Positions 55,852 to 64,000 of a stretch of DNA of 64,000 bases are shown here, in pieces. Source of the DNA: a virus. How positions within the stretch are numbered: the stretch's first letter is position 1; every line of letters begins with the position of its first letter. The notes under the pieces were generated by a model. It did not search any database. It had not been told where the DNA came from and saw only the letters and a program-made list of their open reading frames with translations. Position numbers and translations under genes: made by a program. The stretch lies in the IMG/VR virus record IMGVR_UViG_3300035670_000025; one strand, written 5' to 3'.

Positions 55852-56889
55852 ATGACTAACAATATCGTTCGTACTCCTACTAAGGCTTCTGGTGGTATCA
55901 CTGAAGAGGAGAAGATACTGCTCAAGGAGCATACCGATAAGTGGATCAAGATGATTCTACGCACAACTCCTACGGACTTTACTAAACTAAAGCCTGCTAT
56001 TGAAGGTCTATATGCTGCTGCTGATCTAGCAAAGCCTATTGTTGTTCTTGCTAAGTCACCAATCCAGATGGTATTCATGTATGGTGCTGCTTCTGCCCTT
56101 CTTTCAAAGAAGAACGCACAGGATGCACAAACTGTAATGGATACTGTTACAGAAGCATTCAATGCCGTTGATACTTCTTCAGGTGGTGTTGTTTCAAAGT
56201 ATGTTGAAGTATGTAAGAAACTCGCAGGCAAGAAGGGTATTTCAGAAGCAAAGCAGTGGTCAAATGTGTATCAGGGTGGTGCATATTGGGCACAGTATGA
56301 TGTTTATCTTACTGCTATGCGGGATGTGATTGGTCTTCAACTTCCTGAGTATGAGAAGTATAAGTATTGGGAAGAAGCAGCCATTCATGGTACATTCCGT
56401 GTTATGCATGAGAAGTTCTGTATTGTTTCGGACTTTCCACAAGTGCTGAAGATTGATGACCAGAATCGTGCTCATTTACAGAATGGTCCTTCACATCGTT
56501 GGTCTGATGGTTGGTCACTATATCATTGGCATGGTGTATCTGTTCCTGAGCATTGGATTATGGATACCAAGTCATTGAGTGCCAAGGAAGCAATTACATG
56601 GCAGAATATTGAGCAACGCCGTGCGGCATGTGAGATTCTTGGTTGGGCAAAGATCCTGGCAGAACTTGATGCTAAGGTAATTGATACTGATGGTGATCCA
56701 GAGATTGGTGAACTATTGGAGGTTACATTGCCTGACATTGGAACTGAGAAGTTTCTTCGTGTAAAGTGTGGAACAGGTCGAGAGTTTGCTTTGCCAGTTC
56801 CACCTGATATGAAGACTGCTTTACAGGCCAATGCTTGGACTTTTGGAATGGATACGAATGAGTTTGTGGTTCCGGAAGTTCGTACATAA
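55852..56889 (+). CDS. DUF6745-like protein
   Basis: CIVSDFP..L.ID..NRAH...GP..RW.DG..LY.WHGV.VP, N.EQRRA..EI.GW, C.TGR.FAL.VPP...TA..A.AWTFG. Confidence 0.7.
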   Translation: MTNNIVRTPTKASGGITEEEKILLKEHTDKWIKMILRTTPTDFTKLKPAIEGLYAAADLAKPIVVLAKSPIQMVFMYGAASALLSKKNAQDAQTVMDTVTEAFNAVDTSSGGVVSKYVEVCKKLAGKKGISEAKQWSNVYQGGAYWAQYDVYLTAMRDVIGLQLPEYEKYKYWEEAAIHGTFRVMHEKFCIVSDFPQVLKIDDQNRAHLQNGPSHRWSDGWSLYHWHGVSVPEHWIMDTKSLSAKEAITWQNIEQRRAACEILGWAKILAELDAKVIDTDGDPEIGELLEVTLPDIGTEKFLRVKCGTGREFALPVPPDMKTALQANAWTFGMDTNEFVVPEVRT

Positions 56890-56896
56890 CTGAAAA

Positions 56897-56927
56897 GAGA
56901 ACGGGAGCAAAAATGTTCCCGTTTCTC
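56897..56927 (+). terminator. Hairpin after DUF6745-like gene
   Basis: GAGAACGGGAGCA-aaaa-TGTTCCCGTTTCTC. Confidence 0.55.
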
Positions 56928-56938
56928 ATATGGAGTGA

Positions 56939-57163
56939 ATGATGATTGATAAAACAAAAGATGCCACTAAGAATGCCACTAGGGTTGCCACTTATAATGC
57001 CACTAGGGTTGCCACTGAAAATGCCACTTGGGATGCCACTTGGAATGCCACTTGGAATGCCACTAGTAATGTCACTTATAATGCCACTTGTAATGCCACT
57101 TGGGATGCCACTAGGAATGCCACTTATAATGCTATTGATAGGGAACTAGAACATGTTGAATAA
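56939..57163 (+). CDS. Tetrapeptide-repeat mini-protein, unit 3
   Basis: GGAG RBS; about 14 tetrads. Confidence 0.75.
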   Translation: MMIDKTKDATKNATRVATYNATRVATENATWDATWNATWNATSNVTYNATCNATWDATRNATYNAIDRELEHVE

Positions 57164-57350
57164 AACAAAAGATGCCACTTATAATGCCACTTGGAATGCC
57201 ACTTGGAATGCCACTTATAATGCCACTGAAAATGCCACTAGTAATGTCACTTATAATGCCACTTGTAATGCCACTTGGGATGCCACTAGGAATGCCACTT
57301 ATAATGCCACTAAGAATGCTATTGTCAGAGAACTAGAACATGTTGAATAA
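57153..57350 (+). CDS. Tetrapeptide-repeat mini-protein, unit 4
   Basis: Coupled; 187-bp unit. Confidence 0.75.
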   Translation: MLNKTKDATYNATWNATWNATYNATENATSNVTYNATCNATWDATRNATYNATKNAIVRELEHVE

Positions 57351-57537
57351 AACAAAAGATGCCACTTATAATGCCACTTATAATGCCACTAGGGTTGCCA
57401 CTGAAAATGCCACTGAAAATGCCACTAGTAATGTCACTTATAATGCCACTTGTAATGCCACTTGGGATGCCACTTGGGATGTCGCTGATAATGACACTTT
57501 GAATGCTATTGTCAGAGAACTAGAACATGTTGAATAA
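57340..57537 (+). CDS. Tetrapeptide-repeat mini-protein, unit 5
   Basis: Coupled; 187-bp unit. Confidence 0.75.
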   Translation: MLNKTKDATYNATYNATRVATENATENATSNVTYNATCNATWDATWDVADNDTLNAIVRELEHVE

Positions 57538-57727
57538 AACAAACAAAATGACAAATCATATATCACATTTAGTAGATGAAAGAATTTATCACATATTGGA
57601 TTTTCGTTCATATATGGAAATTGATTCTCATACATGTGGAAAGATAAATAGAATATCTTTTCCAACAGATTTTATCATAAAACAAGAACTTCACAGAGTA
57701 TTATTTTCACTTGACAACATCACATAA
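57527..57727 (+). CDS. Divergent array member, unit 6
   Basis: Shares MLNKT start and IKQEL end, no repeats. Confidence 0.6.
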   Translation: MLNKTNKMTNHISHLVDERIYHILDFRSYMEIDSHTCGKINRISFPTDFIIKQELHRVLFSLDNIT

Positions 57728-57739
57728 GTAGTGTATAGT
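57711..57739 (+). promoter_or_regulatory. sigma70-type promoter
   Basis: TTGACA-N17-TATAGT. Confidence 0.75.
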
Positions 57740-57772
57740 TATACCATCATCAATAAAAGATAAATGTAATAA

Positions 57773-58384
57773 ATGATAAAATGTTCTGTAAACACATGTA
57801 AAAATAATGTTAAATCCAGAGGATTGTGTAAAAAACATTATCTATATTATAGTCGTCATAATATGTTACCTGAAAAACAACCATATAAAAGACCTAAAAG
57901 ACAAAAAGAAGAATCGGTTAGGTTCTGGGAAAAAGTTGATAAAAGTAATGAAAATGGATGTTGGGTTTGGTTAGGTAATAAAAATAAACAGGGTTATGGC
58001 GAATTTATATTGGACAACAAAAAGTCTGTTAGGGCACATAGATATTCTTTTTTGCTAAGTAATGGATATATTGACAACGATAAATTTGTGTGTCATACAT
58101 GTGATAATTCTAGTTGTGTAAATCCTAATCATCTTTGGCTAGGAACAGCAGCAGAAAATAATGCTGATTGTAGAAATAAAAACAGAGCAGTTTTACCTCC
58201 AGAACAAAAAGGAGAAAATCACAGTCAGCATATATTGAAAGAAAAAGATGTCTTAGACATAAGAAAGAGGTTTAACAATGGTGTAAAACAAGCAGACTTG
58301 ATGAGAGAATATAAAGTAAGCAGAAATACTATATATAAAATATGTCGTAACTTAACATGGAAAAACTTAGGAGAAATAAAATGA
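57773..58384 (+). mobile_element. HNH homing endonuclease
   Basis: RFWEKV..CWVW.G..GYG, AHRYS, VCHTCDN..CVNP.HL..GT...NN.D. Confidence 0.9.
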
Positions 58385-58728
58385 ATATTCGTCGATTTGT
58401 TAATTGTGCGGCTCAAGGTGATATTTACATCCGTCGCATTGATACACCAATTCCTGCAAATGCTGTTGAAGTGCCGCCAGTTGGTAAGTATGTAGTTGTT
58501 ACCCACTCCGAGACTGGTCATAATCATGTGATGGAGAAGGAGAAGGTAAAGATGTATCAACTTCCTGACTCTATCATGGATTGTCTACTTGTTGTAAATG
58601 ATCCTGTTGCTCTAGAGCATCTCCGTGATTATGATACACATGAACCCATTCTATTTGAGAAGGGAACATATCATGTTCGCCGTCAGAGGGAGTATGTACC
58701 AGAAGGATATAGAAGAGTTGAAGATTGA
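58381..58728 (+). CDS. Small His-rich beta protein of the type found next to DUF6745 genes
   Basis: QGDI, HSETGHNH, H..H.PI....G.Y.VRRQREY.P...RRVED. Confidence 0.7.
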   Translation: MNIRRFVNCAAQGDIYIRRIDTPIPANAVEVPPVGKYVVVTHSETGHNHVMEKEKVKMYQLPDSIMDCLLVVNDPVALEHLRDYDTHEPILFEKGTYHVRRQREYVPEGYRRVED

Positions 58729-58775
58729 TACTGAGAGAGTCCCGTAACTGGGACTCTTTTCATATGGAGAATTTG

Positions 58776-58961
58776 ATGATAGGTAAAATCAATGATGTAA
58801 CGGTCAATGCTATTTATGTTGCTACTAAGAATGTCACATGTGATGTTACTTTGGATGTCACTAGAAATATCACAATTAATGTCATTTTGAATGCCACAAG
58901 TGATTCTACTTTTAACGCAATTAGGAATGCTATTGATAGGGAACTAGAACATGTCAAATAA
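58776..58961 (+). CDS. Tetrapeptide-repeat mini-protein, unit 7
   Basis: GGAG RBS after hairpin; ends AIDRELEHVK. Confidence 0.7.
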   Translation: MIGKINDVTVNAIYVATKNVTCDVTLDVTRNITINVILNATSDSTFNAIRNAIDRELEHVK

Positions 58962-59181
58962 AACAAAGAATGCCATTTGGTATGTCACTAGAAATGCAAC
59001 TTGGATTGCCACTGATAATGCCACTAGAACTGTCACTGATAATGCCACTAGAACTGTCACTTATAATGCTACTTATAATGTCACTTATAATGTTACTTGG
59101 AATGCCACTGATAATGCCATTTGGAATGTCACTTTTAATGCTACTGGGAATGCTATCAAAAGAGAACTAGAACATGTCTAA
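58951..59181 (+). CDS. Tetrapeptide-repeat mini-protein, unit 8
   Basis: Coupled; repeats. Confidence 0.75.
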   Translation: MSNKTKNAIWYVTRNATWIATDNATRTVTDNATRTVTYNATYNVTYNVTWNATDNAIWNVTFNATGNAIKRELEHV

Positions 59182-59380
59182 ACCAGTGAACTTTGTGAAA
59201 ATCAAAACACATAAAGTAGGCACACATTATTTCGGAACTTCAACAATGACCTTTTTGGATGATTTGACACGTGATTATTTACAAGATATAGTACTTGATA
59301 ATGTAAGAGAACGAATGACAGAAGCAACATTTGATTCTCTTCGTCTTCAAATAAAAGAGACTCTGTATAATGTCAGATAA
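59174..59380 (+). CDS. Divergent array member, unit 9
   Basis: Starts in junction motif. Confidence 0.6.
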   Translation: MSKPVNFVKIKTHKVGTHYFGTSTMTFLDDLTRDYLQDIVLDNVRERMTEATFDSLRLQIKETLYNVR

Positions 59381-59561
59381 AACATGGAATGAAATTAGGA
59401 ATATAACAAATAACATCGGCAGAACTGTTACTGCTGCCACTTCAAATGATACATGGAAACCTGTTTATTATTCTACTTCATATGTTATTTTACATAAAAC
59501 AGATACATCAATATCTTGTATTTTGACTGCTATCAAAAGAGAACTAGAACATGTCAAATAA
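59370..59561 (+). CDS. Divergent array member, unit 10
   Basis: MSDKT...AIKRELEHVK. Confidence 0.7.
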   Translation: MSDKTWNEIRNITNNIGRTVTAATSNDTWKPVYYSTSYVILHKTDTSISCILTAIKRELEHVK

Positions 59562-59739
59562 AATCGTAGATGATATTAATACATATAATAGATTAATTCT
59601 TGATGTATCAATTTACCGTGCTACAAAAGAAGCAACATGGTCAGTTTTATATTTTACTGATTATTTTCATTTCACACGCAGTATTCTTGATAATGTTATA
59701 TTCAATGAAATTGAAAAGGAACTAGAACATGTTGAATAA
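59551..59739 (+). CDS. Divergent array member, unit 11
   Basis: MSNK...KELEHVE. Confidence 0.7.
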   Translation: MSNKIVDDINTYNRLILDVSIYRATKEATWSVLYFTDYFHFTRSILDNVIFNEIEKELEHVE

Positions 59740-59923
59740 AATCAAAGATGCCATTAGAATTTCGACTTGGAATTCGACTGATATTGCCACCCATCATGCT
59801 GCTTATCATATCATTGATAATTCCACTAAAAATGTTACTTTGTTTCCAGCTTATGAGGTCACTTATAATATCACTTGGAATATCACTAATAATGCCATTT
59901 ATAAGGAACTAGAAAATGTCTGA
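59729..59923 (+). CDS. Degenerate-repeat array member, unit 12
   Basis: MLNKIKD..NSTD..NITW NITN NAIYKELENV. Confidence 0.7.
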   Translation: MLNKIKDAIRISTWNSTDIATHHAAYHIIDNSTKNVTLFPAYEVTYNITWNITNNAIYKELENV

Positions 59924-60182
59924 ATTTACTGAATTAGATGAATTAGTCAAGAACTGTGATTATAGAACTAAATTAGCAATCACTGCTTGGGTAATGGAAA
60001 ATATTGTAGATAATGCTATTGAAGGTGGAACCTTTAGATATCTCATTTATAATAAGATGGGATTTGGTGGTGATGCCTATATGCCATTATATCTAGCAGG
60101 CGGTATGACTATTACTAATGAACTAGATTTGAAGGAGAAATCTAATGTCCAGATCCAGAAAGAAGACACCAATATCCGGTAA
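59916..60182 (+). CDS. Hypothetical protein
   Basis: GGTFRYLIY...GF..AY...Y.AGGM.I.N. Confidence 0.65.
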   Translation: MSEFTELDELVKNCDYRTKLAITAWVMENIVDNAIEGGTFRYLIYNKMGFGGDAYMPLYLAGGMTITNELDLKEKSNVQIQKEDTNIR

Positions 60183-60387
60183 CACAAAATCTCCATCCGA
60201 TAAACCATTTAAAATTCAAGAGCATAAGAGAGAACGGAGAGTTGTCAAACACAGATTGACAAGTGCTGTGGACTATGATAATATGGTTCTACCTGATAAA
60301 GAGAATTTTGGAAACGCATGGAATTCACCTAAAGATGGAAAGCATTGGTTACGTAGATCAATCAAAGATAAGTGGATGAGGAAATAA
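60145..60387 (+). CDS. Basic hypothetical protein
   Basis: MSRSRKKTPI..S.K..K....R..R..W...KDGK. Confidence 0.65.
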   Translation: MSRSRKKTPISGNTKSPSDKPFKIQEHKRERRVVKHRLTSAVDYDNMVLPDKENFGNAWNSPKDGKHWLRRSIKDKWMRK

Positions 60388-63366
60388 TGAAAAAATATAA
60401 TTGGGTCAATTATCCTGAAAATATCCCATCTGTTTCTGGTTATTACATGTGTGTATATTTTAATTTAGAACAAAAATGTGATTTGTTTAAAGCAATTTAT
60501 TGGAACAAAAAATGGATTCAATGGAATCCTAAAATTCAAATTGAAAATCAAGTAAAATCTTTTTTGCCTGATAGTATGGCAAAGTATTATACGACGTGTC
60601 TTTTTTGGTGGAAAGATAATTATGACAACGGATTGGTAGAGAAATATAAGGATGACTGATATTATTGAACTACTGAATAATATGAATATCAAGGATGATT
60701 TTGGATTTCCAAGAGATGATGTCAGGCAACAAGTAATTGGTGAAATCGTTAGATTGAGACTTTCTTTAGAGAGAATTTTGCTTGATGTGAAGTTCATGGT
60801 TGAAAATGATACGATACCTTATGTGCTAGATGATTTTATTTATCAACAAGCATTAGAACTAATGACACCAGAATTCATGAAAGAGTTTAATAATGACTGA
60901 CATTGTAGAGAAACTAGAAAAGTATGGTACTAAAGGTGATAAATGAAACCGGATAGGAAAATAAGAAATGTTTATAATTGTGTAGTTTTTAGTACATCAG
61001 ACTCAATTCAAGATGAAAAATTGTATAGTAGTGTATATTATTTAACAGATGTAATTTCTTCACAAAAAGTTTTATCTATAGCAACTATAAATTTGCAAAA
61101 CATTGTTAAAGATATGTTTAAGAGCATTTCAAATGACTGATATAGATTCTCTTATCAAGAAATTGATTAATATAGCAACACACAATTCAGTAGTAAATTC
61201 AACCGATTCAGTCACATATAATATGATTATGACTATTACACATCAAGCAAGTTATCTTGGTACACATAATCCTATAAGAGATGCTATTTATAGTGAGATT
61301 TGGAATGATCTTGAAAGGAATGCGAAATGAAAGACATAACAATGTCAGGTTGGATTTTCTTTATTATGTTGTTTGTGTTGTTTGTCTTATTGATCAAGGA
61401 TGTATTATGAATAGAGAAATGTGTAATAACTGTAAATTCTGGGAACAAGACTTGGATAGGGGTAAGTGTAGACGGTTTCCACCCCTACACTGGTTTGTGG
61501 GTGGAAAATGGGAACAACCAACAACAAACTTTAATCAATGGTGTGGAGAATATAAGCAAAATGAATCTTCAAGAAAAAGTTGATCTTGCGTATGAAGAAG
61601 GCAAGAACGCATATTATGATGGTAAGAAACCAGAAGATAATCCATATACTGGCATAGACCAAGATTATGAATTTGATGCCTGGAAAGAAGGATATTACAA
61701 TGCCGCATGGGACGATTGAAGGTTGAACAAAATGAAAATTCATAAGTTTGAAGTTTATGTTCTGGACTTTGAAGATTATGGTCCAAATGAATATAAGAAC
61801 ATCATTGAAAATAAAATTGATTTTGTCAAAGTGTTCGTTCAAGGTTCATCAAAAAAAATTAAATGGACAGATGAACATGAATTAAATAAGAATACTGCTA
61901 CAATTGAAACTTGGAGGAAGTATGTGATATGAATGATTATCAAAAAGAATATTGCTCTATGATTACATATAAAGTAATTCCCAGAGATTCATATGTTCAA
62001 TTGACAGGTAAAGTGATAGATGTCGAAATTATCATTTATCATATTGACGAAGAAGAAAGTCCTATTCTAACAGGTAGACTTGATTGGCAAGATGGTCTAC
62101 ATATCTGGCAGTCAGAATGTATTGATCCTTTCACATGGTCAACAGTTGCCAATCAAATGCTTTTAGCAATGAAAGCAGCAAAAGAACTGATAGATCCTGT
62201 GACATATTGTGCTGGTGAACCAGAATGAGTTATCATATCTTTGATGAAACAACATCTAAAATAAACAAAATATTTCATGATGTTTTAGATAAAACAGAAA
62301 TAAATTATGAATTAGAAAGATTGATGGGTTTAAGAGCATCACAATTTGTTGGTAATCTTATTGACAACAATGTTTATAATGCTATTAATAAGGAATTAAA
62401 CAATGTATCTTAGTTTCAATATTTCTTTTCCATATAAGAAACATACGAAACATATTGATTATGTAGTTAAAACATGGTCAATTAGTAAAAACAAATCACT
62501 AGAACTACAAATATCTAAATGGGGCAATTCATGGACTTTGTTTGGTATTATAATCAGTCCTTCTTGGTATAGATCACATTCTGGATTTCTATTTGATATT
62601 ACATTATTCAACTATTGTATGATTATTAACTTCTATGATAACAGACACTGGAATTATGAAGAAGGTAGATGGTGCAGAGATGACGAATACGACTAATAAT
62701 CAAATAGAACTATTCAAAGTTGTTTGTGATGAAACAAATAATACTAAAGAATCTCTTGAACAAGGATATCTAAAAGTTGATATTTTTGTTCCTCAATATT
62801 ATTATGAATTAAAATTTATAGTGAACAAAGATGGAAAAATAGAATATGAAGAATAGAACATGGATTTATGAATATCCTGGTGGTGAACGAGGTGAAATAT
62901 ACTGTTCTGAAACTATAACAGATAAAGAAATTCTAGAAGAACGTTGGGATTGGTGGAAAGAACTAATGATCAAAAAGCATGGTGCTAATTCAAAACTAAT
63001 TACAAAAGAAAACTGTATTCGTGATTGGGTTGTTGATAATTATGCTTGGGAATTGAAAGATGAGTAACTGATTGATTTTATAACAAAATTAGGTGCTTGA
63101 CATTCATGTTCCAGTATGATAGTATTGGAACATAATCGTTGCTATGGAGACTGGAAATGAACTATCAGCAATATTGGGAACAGTTTCTTCCACTTTTTCC
63201 AAAAGGATGGACACTGATTGATTATGATATTGATGCTGAAGCACTATACGGTGATGATAAATTAGTAGGAAAGACATTGACACTGACACATTTACATGCT
63301 AATCTTATCAAGAATGCTGTTGTGGCAGGTCGTATGGACTCTAAATTTATGGAAAATTTACTATGA
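60387..63366 (+). CDS. Run of short coupled hypothetical ORFs (about 12 genes)
   Basis: Overlapping start/stop ORFs of 60-105 aa; some resemble degenerate array members. Confidence 0.5.
63097..63125 (+). promoter_or_regulatory. sigma70-type early promoter
   Basis: TTGACA-N17-TAGTAT. Confidence 0.6.
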
Positions 63367-64000
63367 GAAAACTAGCATCCATCCGTCGTATTGCAGAAAT
63401 CAAGTCTATTGAAGGTGCTGATGCTATTGAGGCAGTCCGTGTAGACGGATGGTGGTGTGTATCTAAGAAAGATGAATTTCAAGTAAACGATCTATGTGTA
63501 TATTTTGAGGTGGATTCTTTTCTACCCGTTCGTCCTGAATTTGAGTTTCTAAGAAAGGCATGTTTTAAGTCAACAAAGCATCTTGGTGATGGTTTCCGTC
63601 TCAAGACTATTAAACTTCGTGGTCAGGTTTCACAAGGACTTGCTTTGCCTTGTCATATTTTTCCTTGGTTTATGCATGTCAACCCTAAAGAAGGTTATGA
63701 TTTAACTGAAGACCTTGATATAAAGAAGTGGGAAGTACCACTTTCACCACAACTTTCTGGCACTGCAAAGGGTAACTTCCCATCATTCATTCGTAAGACT
63801 GATCAAGAACGAATTCAAAACTGTTATAATGATCTTGTTAATACACACAAGAATACTTTGTTTGAAGCAACACTAAAACTTGATGGTTCATCCATGACTG
63901 TTTATTTCAATGATGGACAGTTTGGTGTATGTTCTCGTAATCTTGAACTAAAAGAAACAGAAGATAACACCTTCTGGAAGGTTGCTAGAAAGTTGAAGTT
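63363..64000 (+). CDS. RNA ligase (DRB0094-type), runs off the window
   Basis: MRKLASIRRI..IEGADAIE, LRGQVSQGL, FP.FI.KTDQERIQN, motif I KLDGSS, CSRN. Confidence 0.9.
   Translation, partial: MRKLASIRRIAEIKSIEGADAIEAVRVDGWWCVSKKDEFQVNDLCVYFEVDSFLPVRPEFEFLRKACFKSTKHLGDGFRLKTIKLRGQVSQGLALPCHIFPWFMHVNPKEGYDLTEDLDIKKWEVPLSPQLSGTAKGNFPSFIRKTDQERIQNCYNDLVNTHKNTLFEATLKLDGSSMTVYFNDGQFGVCSRNLELKETEDNTFWKVARKLK

Larger units (their letters stand above)
55428..59923 (+). repeat. Array of paralogous mini-ORFs with 12-bp internal repeats and conserved junctions
   Basis: (A/G)ATG(C/T)CACTNNN repeats; GAACTAGAACATGT at 55602, 57143, 57330, 57517, 58941, 59164, 59541, 59719. Confidence 0.95.

Noticed and set aside
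56946-59170. MPLG-repeat ORFs (56946-57149, 58970-59170) and minus-strand 55615-55812
   Set aside because: Shadow frames of the 12-bp repeat; they lack the RBS and junction coupling of the NAT-X frame.
55602-59740. CRISPR array
   Set aside because: Inter-repeat segments are about 160-200 bp, protein-coding and mutually homologous; no cas genes in the window.
55428-59923. Diversity-generating retroelement
   Set aside because: No reverse transcriptase in the window, variation is not adenine-specific, and there is no template/variable repeat pair. An RT elsewhere in the genome cannot be excluded.
1-64000. Stop-codon reassignment
   Set aside because: Core genes are intact in the standard code and end in TAA, TGA and TAG; no suppressor tRNA seen.

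Overview
A 64-kb segment of a large, AT-rich T4-like (myovirus) phage genome. Essentially all real genes are on the + strand. It carries the T4-type recombination/replication core (gp3, uvsY, uvsW, gp55, gp47/46, gp45/44/62, regA, gp43, uvsX, gp41, gp61), thyX and class II RNR (nrdJ), a block of late/virion genes, about 9 tRNAs, and at least seven HNH/GIY-YIG nuclease genes or remnants. It also has host-like accessory genes (peptide deformylase, Hsp20, Dps, RlpA, PstS, BI-1/YccA, a PlcP-like phosphoesterase next to an Agt-like glycosyltransferase). Those genes and the promoter style point, by inference, to an alphaproteobacterial host. Best candidate for an undescribed system is 55.4-59.9 kb: a DUF6745-like gene and its small partner gene sit inside an array of about 12 translationally coupled 61-76 aa ORFs. 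Most of these ORFs are built from a 12-bp [N/D]-[A/V]-T-X repeat with a hypervariable X, and they are joined by a conserved GAACTAGAACATGT junction, giving what looks like a shuffled cassette library. Second, several endonuclease insertions appear to break a target (gp46 start, denV-like start, thyX start, a tRNA) and supply a recoded replacement copy. Other highlights: a possible phage lipid-remodelling pair (plcP-agt), an intein in a non-enzymatic virion protein, enzymes with capsid-targeting-like N-termini, tRNAs with non-canonical variable arms, and a candidate late ncRNA. Family assignments come from motif recognition only; no searches were run.
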